64,000 bases of DNA, taken from contig NC_134470.1 in the NCBI RefSeq assembly GCF_964194025.1, positions 3,472,001 through 3,536,000 of the forward strand, given 5' to 3'. Positions 25,710-36,689 of the stretch are shown one piece after another. Both the position numbers and the translations under genes were made by a program. The notes under the pieces were generated by a model. It ran no database searches. It was given only the letters and a program-made list of their open reading frames with translations, and was not told the DNA's origin. The stretch is from Convolutriloba macropyga (taxonomy: Eukaryota). How positions within the stretch are numbered: position 1 is the first letter of the stretch; every line of letters starts with the position of its first letter.

Positions 25710-26386
25710 AGAATCTTTTAACTTTTATTTTGGTGCAGCCTTTTTTTTCAATAATTTTTTGCTTTTATTGTCTTTTTAATGTTAATTACTGATTTAATAT
25801 TCAATACTCGGTTCTATTTGTGACAGCTCCCATTTACTTAAAATTGAGGCCAAACTTAGTTATAGTATGTTTTCTGAGATACTAATGGATTTTATGTCTT
25901 TGAAAAAGAGTAAGAGTAAACTTTGACTGTTCTTGTGCTTGCCTTCAACTGTTATTATTTTTTGCAGTCTCAATGATAGTTCGAACCAATCAAAGATCCC
26001 AATGGCTAAATAAAGAGGTGTAGGTGAACCTCTGCATTGCATTCTGTAGTTATCTAGTGTCCATTATGGAATTGAATATATTTAATTTAAGAAAATTAAA
26101 GTGATTTCTTTGGCTTGGCAATTTTTTTCTTATATCTGTCAACTTTCAGCATGCTTTCAGTAAAAACAGCTAAGACTTTCTTTCATATGAGATACCAACA
26201 AATGTTTTTGGCGGATATTGTTTCAATAAAAGCCGCTTCTTGGTTTTGGTACTACGAGTTTTCAAACAAAAATTTGAAATTTCTGTGCATAATTGCCCAT
26301 TTTTGCTGTCCCTTCTGTTTCACTTTTCTCTGTTAAAAGTCGCAATACTTAACAATCTAACATAAGAAAGCCGTTGAAAAATTTGT

Positions 26387-26392
<6 letters not shown>

Positions 26393-26432
<40 letters not shown>

Positions 26433-26585
26433 TCAATTACAAATTTGTTATTTTTTGTTATCGTATGCCAAATATTGGGTAAAAAAAGGTCTCAATACTC
26501 AACAATGCATTTTCAAATGGTGTTGTTATTTTTTGTTATCGTATGCCAAATATTGGGTAAAAAAAGGTCTCAATACTCAACAATG
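26393..26585. repeat. (TA)n microsatellite and ~62-bp direct duplication next to a gap
   Basis: tgttattttttgttatcgtatgccaaatattgggtaaaaaaaggtctcaatactcaacaatg occurs twice (26445-26507, 26524-26585). Confidence 0.9.
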
Positions 26586-26608
26586 NNNNNNNNNNNNNNN
26601 NNNNNNNN
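26586..26608. other. Assembly gap (23 N)
   Basis: Run of N. Confidence 1.
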
Positions 26609-26625
26609 TTTGGTTACAACTTACT

Positions 26626-27120
26626 TGTCATACGGCAATGGATACCCTTCATGTATCCAAATCCGTATTTTAAACTAATTTATTGTTGTATGTTCCTTTT
26701 GAAGGGCGAATGCCATTTTTAGTTCAGTGCTATATACTTCCTCCCATATTTAGCAGTTAAGTCTGTTCATCCCGTCTGTACCGGATATATACTCATTCAC
26801 GTTGTAAACAAATCAAACTTTGCTTCCTTTCTGTATGATTAAAACCTGAACAAACTTTCTTTCATAATCTGTATTATCATTAACTTTCATTCTCCAATTT
26901 GTAGCGCTAACGCTCAGTTCAATTTAATCCTTGCAAAATACCTCTCGTTTTAACTGAGTAGTTCAGTTAGAGTCAATCGCACCGCGATTGCCAAATCTAG
27001 AAAGGCTTTAGTTGAAAGTAACAACTAAATCGTCCATTCGCGACGCAAGTGCCTATCTCAGTACTTACAAAGCCACATTTGCGATTCAATTGACTATACT
27101 CCTTGTGTATGAGTATAACA
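26626..27120 (+). repeat. 5' LTR of element A (495 bp)
   Basis: TG...CA termini; differs from 33130-33622 by about 3 substitutions and a 2-bp indel by eye. Confidence 0.97.
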
Positions 27121-30100
27121 TGGCGCAGTCAGCATCGGACTCAAAGAAAACACCACTCCATATAGAAGCATTCTGGGAGAAACCGACAGCAACACCTTCC
27201 CTGACGTGGATCAAATGGACGCAGCAGTGGAAATTGGCCCTACTTCCTAAGGAAGGGATCCAATTGGATACTCTGTTGAGTGATCCACCAGCAACAGTGA
27301 CATACCCGCCTGAGCCTACCTATGAAGCACCGGTAGAGAATCACACACAGGCAACGGAAAGAGATCGTAAAGTCCGAAACCAACAATTGAAAGTCAATTG
27401 GCAAAATCGTTGTGCAAAGATTGAAGAAATCGGGATCCTCTGTGGTGACAAGCCATGGGGAATTTGTGAACAGAAGACAATATCATTGCTATATCTAAGC
27501 ATTGGCACAGAGGGGCGACGGATCTTCAAGAGCAAGTACCCTCACTTTCAGATCGAAAAACAACCTTTTAAAGATTTGTGGCGAGCAATGGAGGACTCAT
27601 TCACAAAGGTTCGTAATATAACTTACGATCGCTTCGTTTTCTACTCGTGTAAACAACAAAAAAGGAGAATCGGTAGAAAGTTTCTACGGCCGTCTCATAG
27701 AATTGGCGGAAAATTGTAATCTTGGTAGTGAAGAAACTACACTCATTCGTGATGCATTCATATTAAATATGCTTGATCACGAAACTCAGAAAGAGTTGTT
27801 GAAGGAAACAGTAGACCCACCAAAAGCATTGGAAATCGCCATACAAATGGAAATGGGAGCACAGAACCAGCAGAAAATTAACCAAAACTTGATGTCAGGT
27901 AATACTTCAGTGAATTACATCAATAATAACTCAATGAGCAATCGCAACGCGAATGGACCTTCCACAAAGCGAGACTCCACTCGCTACGCATCTATCCCAA
28001 AAAACTACCAATATACGAGTATTTGTATGGATTGTGGTCTTCGCTGGAGCCACAACCATAAGCAGATTTGTCCCGCGAATGGAAAAAAATGCCATAATTG
28101 TGGTTTTATGGGTCATTTCGCTAGAAAATGTCGAAAAACAAAACTGCCACAGCTTCCAATTCCGAAAACTCAAAAATCAAATGTAAACCAAATCGATCAG
28201 ACGCCGGAAAAAAGTGATGATGAAGAATCAGTAAACTATATCACGAGCTATCAACAATTGTACGACCAGGTGTACGATTCAAACTATGATAGCGACTCTG
28301 ACGACTACGTAGCAGCGATTTCTTCGGATTCAGTTCATCAATTAGAACCATTAAACGTGGAAGTGCAAATAGGAGAAATACAAAAATCTGCTATGATTGA
28401 CTCTGGAAGTGCTGTGAGTATCATCACACAAAGTTTAGCAAACAAAGTCCTACGATCTACAAACTCAGCTAAATGGATAAAATCGACGGAAAAAAGGAAT
28501 TTGAAAACTTTTTCCAATGAGCCGATCAAGGTCATCGGACACTTGGAGACCACAGTAGCCTACAATCAATGGCAAGACAAATCAGCAATATTGACTGTGG
28601 TAGATGATGGACACAAAAATATCATTGGACGAGATCTGTTCACTACTTTGGGACTTGCAGTTGTCCAACAACAACCAGAAACTGGTAAATGTGTTTATAA
28701 CATCAATAATCCTACATGTAAAATTAAAGAGTCAATCGCGACGCAATTTCCACATCTAGTATCGAGAATTGGTTTATCTAAAACACATGTAGCAAAGTCA
28801 AAGTTTCATCAAACGTTCACAGCAAAGCATCAAAAAGGTCGACGTGTTCCGATAAATCTTCAACCTAGAGTATCAAGCGAATTAGAAAGACTACAGATTG
28901 AGGGTCATATCGAAAAACTATCTAGTTGCTCTGACGAACACTTCATCTCCCCGATTGTAATTACAGTAAAAAAAGATCAGTCGATAAAACTCGCATTAGA
29001 TTCAAAAGTATTAAATAAAGCAATACATAAAAACAAATACCAAATGCCTAATATTGAAATGTTAATTGACACCATATCACAACATCTCACAGATACACAA
29101 AATGGTCAACAAGCATATTTCACCACATTAGATCTCAAATATGCATACAGTCAATTAAAACTACATCACGATACAGCAAAACACTGTAATTTTAACATCA
29201 TATGTGGAGAATCTACAGGTACATATAGATTCAAAACTGGTTTTTATGGACTTACAGATATGCCGGCAGAGTTTCAAAAAGCCATGGATTATACTCTCAT
29301 TGGTTTACAAAACACATACTGTTTCTTAGACGATATTATAATCGTTAGTACCGGCACTGAAGCAGATCATTTAGCCTACGTCCACAAATGTCTAAAAAAA
29401 TTAGATGACGATAACTTGAGAATTAACCTCCAGAAATGTCATTTCGCTAAATCTGAAATAGAATGGCTCGGTTACAAATTTACACAGACTGGGATATCAC
29501 CTTTAGAAAGCAAAACAGCCGCAATCTTAACAATACCACCACCAACAACATTAAAACGCCTTAGATCATTTCTCGGGTCAGTACATTAAATTGGCAAATT
29601 TATACCTCACTTAGCACAACTATGTCATCCACTTAGACCACTACTGAAGAAATCAGTAAAATTCATATGGACAGACGAACATACTAAACATTTTAATCAG
29701 AATAAAGAAAAAATAGCAAATAGTACAGAAAATAGCCATTACAACCCTAAACTGGATGTTCGTGTAAAATGTGATGCCTCCCGTTCAGGATTGGGGGCAG
29801 CATTGGAACAAAATACACCGGATGGTTGGAAACCAATAGCCTTCGCGTCGCGATTCCTCAATTCAACGGAAGAACGCTACAGCGTCAACGAATTGGAACT
29901 ATTGGGGATAGTTTGGTCAATCGATTATTTTAAATACTACTTATACGGAAAAAACTTTACGGTAGTAACAGACCACAGAGCCCTATTGTCAATACTTAAA
30001 GAACACCGATCAAATAAGTCATACAATAGTCGACTGTCTCGATGGATAGATAGATTGCTACCGTACAATTTCACGATTGAGCATATGCCAGGTGCAAAAA

Positions 30101-32997
30101 TGGGACTCGTTGATTACATTTCTAGAAACCCTTTTGCAAGAGCTAAAAAGATATCTACATACGACGAGCACTTTGTTGTAGCAACAATTTCTAAGATCCG
30201 TGATTCAATGAAACATTTAATTACCAATAGACAAACTACAACTACAAAATTTATAAACATATTAAAGTTGAATTTGCCTTCACCAAAAGTTACACAACCA
30301 TTTGCATCGCGATTAACCATATCAAAAAGCAATAATTCAACTAATTGTGATATAGCATCCGCATCGCAATTAACCAGTTCACCACTGAAACCTCCATTCG
30401 CACCGCAATTAACACATGCTAATTCTAAATTTAATCCGTATTCTGTACATCCATTTGCGCCGCAAATGCCACCTAAATTTACAAAATTACAATTTGTACC
30501 AAATCACTGTAAAGTAAATAATTCACATTCCATTAACAAATTCGCTGCAAAAGAGGTGCAAATTGTAGACAGTAAAGAATGTGAACAATCTGAACAATTA
30601 TCCTTAATACAGCCTATTAATGGTAATAAGTCAAGTAATACACCTAACAACACTAAATTAAGCGCGAAAACACAAATCCACAAATATAAATACCACTCAC
30701 CCAAAAATAACTCGCTTTTTGCCCAAATTCTGCCTAAGAAACACTGCTTTGTGAATAAACTCAATAAACCTTTCATCTCAAATAATTCCATAAATAGTCT
30801 CAGCACGATGTCAAAAGCTAAAGCAACCCGTTCGAAATCGACTCCTACTAAAGCAAGAGTAACGTTCTCCAACACAACACCCTCAACACCCGAATCAAAT
30901 GCAACAACTCATACTGAAACCCCAACTGGTAGTATGATAGACGAAGCTGAGGACATAATGTTCACCGAGACCCTAAACAAGGTGTTCAGTAGGAAATTTC
31001 TAGCAATACTGACTGGAAAAGACGCGATATTGAAAGAAGTAAGGGACTGTGTACTTCGAAATGATGCAGAACGACTACAAGAAATCAGTCCCTACCTCTT
31101 CTCATATTGGAGAGATCTTAGTGTGAAGCACGGGTGTGTCTGTCTAGACGAAAGAATTGCGATCCCAAAGTCCATTAAAGATGCGGTGTTGGAGGACATA
31201 CACTCCACACACCCAGGCAGTTTCGCTATGCTTTCCTTAGCTCAAAATATCTGGTGGCCTTACATCCACAGAGACATTCTGGCAAAGGCCAGTGAGTGCA
31301 AAGCTTGCACAGATATTGGTAAGAATCTAAAATCAGTGATTTCGCACCGCAAATGGACACCTCTACCTAAATGTAGTGAACCAAATGACGAAATACAATT
31401 AGATTTTGGCGGCCCAATTCTAAATGAGAAAGGAATAGAACAATATTTCCTTACTAGTATAGATAGATACTCTAAATATCCTACAGCAGAAATAGTAAAT
31501 AACGCATCAGGTCCAAATGTAATCAAATTCTTAAATAATTATATATATCATCATGGAGTGCCTAGAACTATTAGATTAGACCAAGCTAGATGTTTTACAG
31601 AAGTTTTAAAGAAATCTGAAACATTTTGTACCGAAAACAATATTACACCTATTTATGCACCTGCAAATGACCATAGAGCAATAGGATTAGTAGAACGTAT
31701 CATTCAAACAATTAAACGACAATTAGCTTGCATGAAATCACAGTTAAATAAGAAATTTATTTTAGAAAATTCACTCAAAGCAATAATACAACGACTTCGT
31801 ATATCAAAACAAAAAACAATTACAACCACACCCTTTGAGGCACATTTCGGTAGAAAATGTAACACACCTATATAAAATATTACAACTAAATCTGATAGTA
31901 AAAATCTCAACTATAATGCAATAATAAATTACTATTTAGACGAGGATACAATCCCAGGTCGTTCCTATCTCACAGATGAACAGTGGGCAGATACAGCTCT
32001 TTGTTCCGATACGGAAATTGAGCGAGTCATTTGCGCCGCAAGTACCCGCGCAAGAACGGAACAAGAGAAAAGGAAAGATGGGGAAGAGCGTTTTATAAAG
32101 CCAGATGTCATTCACCGTGCAATTCCCTGCTCTGAAAGAAGCGTACAAGTGAAGTTGGCCCGAAAAATACATGAAAACCAGCGCCAAAAGAAAAACTTGG
32201 ACGGCCTCTACGAAGTATTAGCACCTGGCAGTACAGTGTGCAAAATAAGCCCAACGACGAGCGTCATCAAAGAACCCTCCAAACCTGAAGTACGGGTCAG
32301 AAATTCTGACATCGCCAAATTTGGAACGCGGGCCGAACGGGAAACAACTTTAGCACAGTACATAGACAGACGCCCAAAGAAACTAAACGAAAAAACTCTC
32401 GAACAAAAAATTCAACAGCATAAACGAGATCTTTTTCGAAAAAATACTGGAGAGAAAAAGATAAAGCGAAACAGAAAAAACACAGGCGATGTAAGTGTCA
32501 TTTCGTCGGCACGATCCTGTATATCTACAGCTAGCAATGTCGCAAGATCATTGAAAATGAGAGTACCAAAAAGAAACCCGAAATACGATGAGGCATTCAA
32601 AAATCGACCCGACCTTACACAAATATTAAATTTTAGTCCAATCGCGCCGCAAATGGTATCATCTGATATAGCAGGGCCATCTGGAACGCAAACAACCTCC
32701 TCGACTCAAAAACAACCTACACCCATCTTGAGAAAGACTTCGAAACGCAAAATCACGGTCAGCGATACATCGGATTAGGATACGTCTTCTATTAGAAAAA
32801 GCAAAATGACACTGAAGAAAAAATCCCAAAAATCGCAAACAATTGTCGAAAAAGTTCGTAACACAGAAGGTTACACTGATTACCAAGACACTGGCATTGC
32901 GGGAGGATCAAATCAAGAAGATGAGTACTCGCAAAACCAACCAAGGGAGATGACAGTTCTCCAGGCCGAAAATGCTGAAAATAGCGACAGCGAGTAA
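27120..32997 (+). pseudogene. gag-pol polyprotein of element A (single ORF with 1 frameshift and 3 premature stops)
   Basis: ORFs at 27703, 29791, 32149 and 32806 share one frame. An extra A in the A-run at ~27658-27663 breaks QQKGESVESFYGRL. Two Cys knuckles, protease MIDSGS, RT CFLDD, RNase H CDAS/ELELLG/TDH, integrase HHCC plus D,D,E (QLDF, RLDQ, GLVER). Stops at 29587, 31873 and 32776. Confidence 0.95.
27121..27134 (+). promoter_or_regulatory. Primer-binding site, tRNA-Ser-like
   Basis: TGGCGCAGTCAGCA directly after the LTR, complementary to the 3' end (...UGCUGACUGCGCCA) typical of invertebrate tRNA-Ser. Confidence 0.8.
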
Positions 32998-33129
32998 TCT
33001 TCGATAAAGAAACTTTCATAAACTTCTATTTTATCTATTATTTAATATTTTATTACTTACTAACCGGTGAATATTTATTAGTTTTCTGATTTTAATTTAG
33101 TAAATTAATTTTTCCTCAAGAGGGGGAAA

Positions 33130-33622
33130 TGTCATACGGCAATGGATACCCTTCATGTATCCATATCCGTATTTTAAACTAATTTATTGTTGTATGTTCC
33201 TTTTGAAGGGCGAATGCCATTTTTAGTTCAGTGCTATATACTTCCTCCCATATTTAGCAGTTAAGTCTGTTCATCCCGTCTGTACCGGATATATACTCAT
33301 TCACGTTGTAAACAAATCAAACTTTGCTTCCTTTCTGTATGATTAAAACCTGAACAAACTTTCTTTCATAATCTGTATTATCATTAACTTTCATTCTCCA
33401 ATTTGTAGCGCTAACGCTCAGTTCAATTTAATCCTTGCAAAATACCTCTCGTTTTAACTGAGTAGTTCAGTTAGAGTCAATCACACCGCGATTGCCAAAT
33501 CTAGAAAGGCTTTAGTTGAAAGTAACAACTAAATCGTCCATTCGCGACGCAAGTGCCTATCTCAGTACTCACAAAGCCATTTGCGATTCAATTGACTATA
33601 CTCCTTGTGTATGAGTATAACA
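33130..33622 (+). repeat. 3' LTR of element A, shared with the following partial copy
   Basis: Follows the PPT, matches the 5' LTR, and is immediately followed by PBS and gag again. Confidence 0.97.
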
Positions 33623-34506
33623 TGGCGCAGTCAGCATCGGACTCAAAGAAAACACCACTCCATATAGAAGCATTCTGGGAGAAACCGACAGCAACACCTT
33701 CCCTGACGTGGATCAAATGGACGCAGCAGTGGAAATTGGCCCTACTTCCTAAGGAAGGGATCCAATTGGATACTCTGTTGAGTGATCCACCAGCAACAGT
33801 GACATACCCGCCTGAGCCTACCTATGAAGCACCGGTAGAGAATCACACACAGGCAACGGAAAGAGATCGTAAAGTCCGAAACCAACAATTGAAAGTCAAT
33901 TGGCAAAATCGTTGTGCAAAGATTGAAGAAATCGGGATCCTCTGTGGTGACAAGCCATGGGGAATTTGTGAACAGAAGACAATATCATTGCTATATCTAA
34001 GCATTGGCACAGAGGGGCGACGGATCTTCAAGAGCAAGTACCCTCACTTTCAGATCGAAAAACAACCTTTTAAAGATTTGTGGCGAGCAATGGAGGACTC
34101 ATTCACAAAGGTTCGTAATATAACTTACGATCGCTTCGTTTTCTACTCGTGTAAACAACAAAAAAGGAGAATCGGTAGAAAGTTTCTACGGCCGTCTCAT
34201 AGAATTGGCGGAAAATTGTAATCTTGGTAGTGAAGAAACTACACTCATTCGTGATGCATTCATATTAAATATGCTTGATCACGAAACTCAGAAAGAGTTG
34301 TTGAAGGAAACAGTAGACCCACCAAAAGCATTGGAAATCGCCATACAAATGGAAATGGGAGCACAGAACCAGCAGAAAATTAACCAAAACTTGATGTCAG
34401 GTAATACTTCAGTGAATTACATCAATAATAACTCAATGAGCAATCGCAACGCGAATGGACCTTCCACAAAGCGAGACTCCACTCGCTACGCATCTATCCC
34501 AAAAAA
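33622..34506 (+). pseudogene. Second, truncated PBS-gag copy of element A
   Basis: Apparently identical to 27120-28004 including the same frameshift; breaks at ...ATCTATCCCAAAAAA. Confidence 0.95.
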
Positions 34507-34520
34507 CCGTATGACAAACA

Positions 34521-35077
34521 AGGCACAAGAAAAACGCTCAGAGAGATTTGCTAGTATGAAAAGCAGTGGTTCGTCAAACAAGTTAGTCATAGTTGAGAGA
34601 CGAAGTTGACACGCGAAGAGTGTTTAAAAACGATCAATCAATCTTTCTGATTAGCTTAAATTACCTTGACTTAGTGGAATCGGGATTCTTCCAACTGTTG
34701 AAAGTTGTTTATGATTCTTAATTTTGAATAACAGGAGAAAATTTTACTGTGTTCATTAATTCTCTACTTCGTAATTACTTATTCTGGGGATAACCCTTAG
34801 CTTCAATTCATCGGTGGAAAGAACCGATATTTACTTGGTTGTTTTAATAACTACAACTCAAAGAATTATTATTTCCATTACTTGGAAAAGAAATTAAATA
34901 TTGCGTGCAATAAATATCTTAAATACAGCTTTGAGCGAGCACAGGGGACAATAGTCTATACTAAATTGTCAGATGGACTCACTTTTCTCTGAAGAACCTT
35001 TCAAACTTGATAGAGTTTTGGGCGCCAGCCAGTCCCCAGCTAGAAGCCTTCTAACGATAAAAGTACAAAATTCTACA
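34521..35077 (+). repeat. 5' LTR remnant (3' portion) of element B
   Basis: Homologous to 48711-49294 (aggcacaagaaaaacgct...aaaattctaca) with scattered substitutions and a ~21-bp indel. Confidence 0.93.
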
Positions 35078-35078
35078 G

Positions 35079-35097
35079 TGGCGCTCCTGGGTGGGCT
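35079..35097 (+). promoter_or_regulatory. Primer-binding site, tRNA-Asn-like
   Basis: TGGCGCTCCTGGGTGGGCT 1 nt after the LTR, resembling the complement of the eukaryotic tRNA-Asn 3' end (...AGCCCACCCAGG..GCCA). Confidence 0.7.
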
Positions 35098-35376
35098 TTC
35101 TGACAGATTAAAATAGATTAGTTTTTACGAGTTTGGGTCTCAATCCAAGGTGTGTACAACATACTTCCTCAAAATGGATTCAATACTCGCCCAAAGAAGC
35201 AAAGAACACCTATCTGAATTGCCGAGTACAAATCAAATAACTCAAACCAGAAGTCGGGCTGATAGATTAAGAGAACTACCCAGACTCCGGCGAGATTATG
35301 AAGTACGAAAAGAAGTGCATTCGCAAAAATTAGAAGAACACTCTAGTTTAAGTGGTTAAGCAATTACATAACGAAA

Positions 35377-36528
35377 ATGGCGTTGCAAACGGAAGATATA
35401 CAACGATTTGCCCATTCAGCCATTCAAGCTGCGGACGCACTGAATAGTCAAGGACTGCAAGGGCCAGGTGCACACCAACCTGACTGTTTTCCTAATCCGA
35501 TATACAAAATTTGGGTGGATTGGAAAAAACATTTTGTATGCATTGCGGAGTCGACTCGTTGGGATGAAGAACAAGCAATGGCTTGTGTCCCAACCTGCCT
35601 CACAGGCTGGGCCCTTGACGAATGCACTGCAATGCCCAACCACTTTCGAGAACAGGAATATGGGCATCCGGCACCTACTCTGGAGCGATTGTTTGAATAC
35701 TTAGACCCTCGAATGATGCGATTTCGAAACCAACGAACTGCTCGAGCCGAGTTCAAAAACTTTATTCAAGGTGAAAAGGAACGAAATCAGGATTTTTCAA
35801 GGAGAATACGGTCCATCGGGGAGGTAGCAAACCATAACATGAATGCTGCAACCCGTGGCGATATGAACCGTGAACAGTTTATCGATGGACTCTATGACGC
35901 TGAAATCTAAGAATTTCTACTTAGAGAAGATCCCCAAAACTTCTCGGCTGCTATAAATAGGGCACTGAGCCTTGATAGTGTAGCACGTAATTCTTGTATG
36001 CAACAGCGACGAAGGTTAGCGTCATTGTGATCAGTTGTTGAAGACCCCGTTGAGACTCAGAGATATACTCAGAGTAATGAGATGATGCAGAGAGGCAAGG
36101 CATCAAGAGTGTTCGCAACTGCGGAGAATTCTACGGATCTTTCGGGGTCTGTCAATGCTAAGATTGATCAACTAGTAAACAGTTAGGCCGAGTTTATGAA
36201 GAATATGTCAAATATGATGAGCAAATTCGTGACTTCAGTAATTCCGAAGCAATATGAAGTCTCACATAGTGAAAATAAACCAAAACAGGAAAGCGACGAG
36301 AAACGTCTGTACAATCCTTATCCGCCTGGTAGCCGTTACGGTCAACAATTCATCAGTTCCAAACCAAACAATGCCCAGTACAGTGGTGGACCAGCTCAAA
36401 AAAACAGCCTCGGCAGACGATTAGGAGCTGCGGGAAGGCAGTGTTTCCAATGTGGCCAGGAAGGTTATTTTGTTAAGGATTGCCCTGAGCGCCAAAACCA
36501 ACAACAGACCGGTCCTTTTAACTACTAG
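35377..36528 (+). pseudogene. gag of element B
   Basis: Capsid-like W..W..HF..IA...W and QGEKE MHR-like segment, degenerate knuckle CFQCGQEGYFVKDC, in-frame stops, TAG at 36526. Confidence 0.85.
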
Positions 36529-36574
36529 AGGCCGGGAGGGCCACAGTTTTTCGTAAAGAGGCTCTATCCCGGCC
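36516..36574 (+). promoter_or_regulatory. -1 ribosomal frameshift signal between gag and pol (mutated slippery site plus stem-loop)
   Basis: T TTT AAC in the gag phase, one change from canonical T TTA AAC. 7-nt spacer, then stem GGCCGGGA (36530-36537)/TCCCGGCC (36567-36574) with inner GGGCC/GGCTC. The -1 frame is open for ~49 codons afterwards. Confidence 0.7.
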
Positions 36575-36689
36575 GAATTCAAAGCAAATAGACAAAAAGA
36601 CAACATTAAAGCATATTTTGAAGCAAGAAAAATTAAATTTTGCGACGGAAAGGCCAAACAACAGCACGTAGCACAAATACAACCGCCAT

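Larger units (their letters stand above)
26626..33622 (+). mobile_element. Young Ty3/Gypsy LTR retrotransposon (element A, Mag-like)
   Basis: Near-identical LTRs TGTCATAC...GTATAACA, tRNA-Ser-like PBS, PPT AAGAGGGGGAAA (33118-33129), nearly intact gag-pol. No TSD on the right because a second internal copy follows. Confidence 0.97.

Noticed and set aside
27658-27663. Programmed gag-pol frameshift in element A
   Set aside because: It falls inside the capsid MHR-like motif in an A homopolymer, and removing one A restores QQKGESVESF. This is a mutation or sequencing error.
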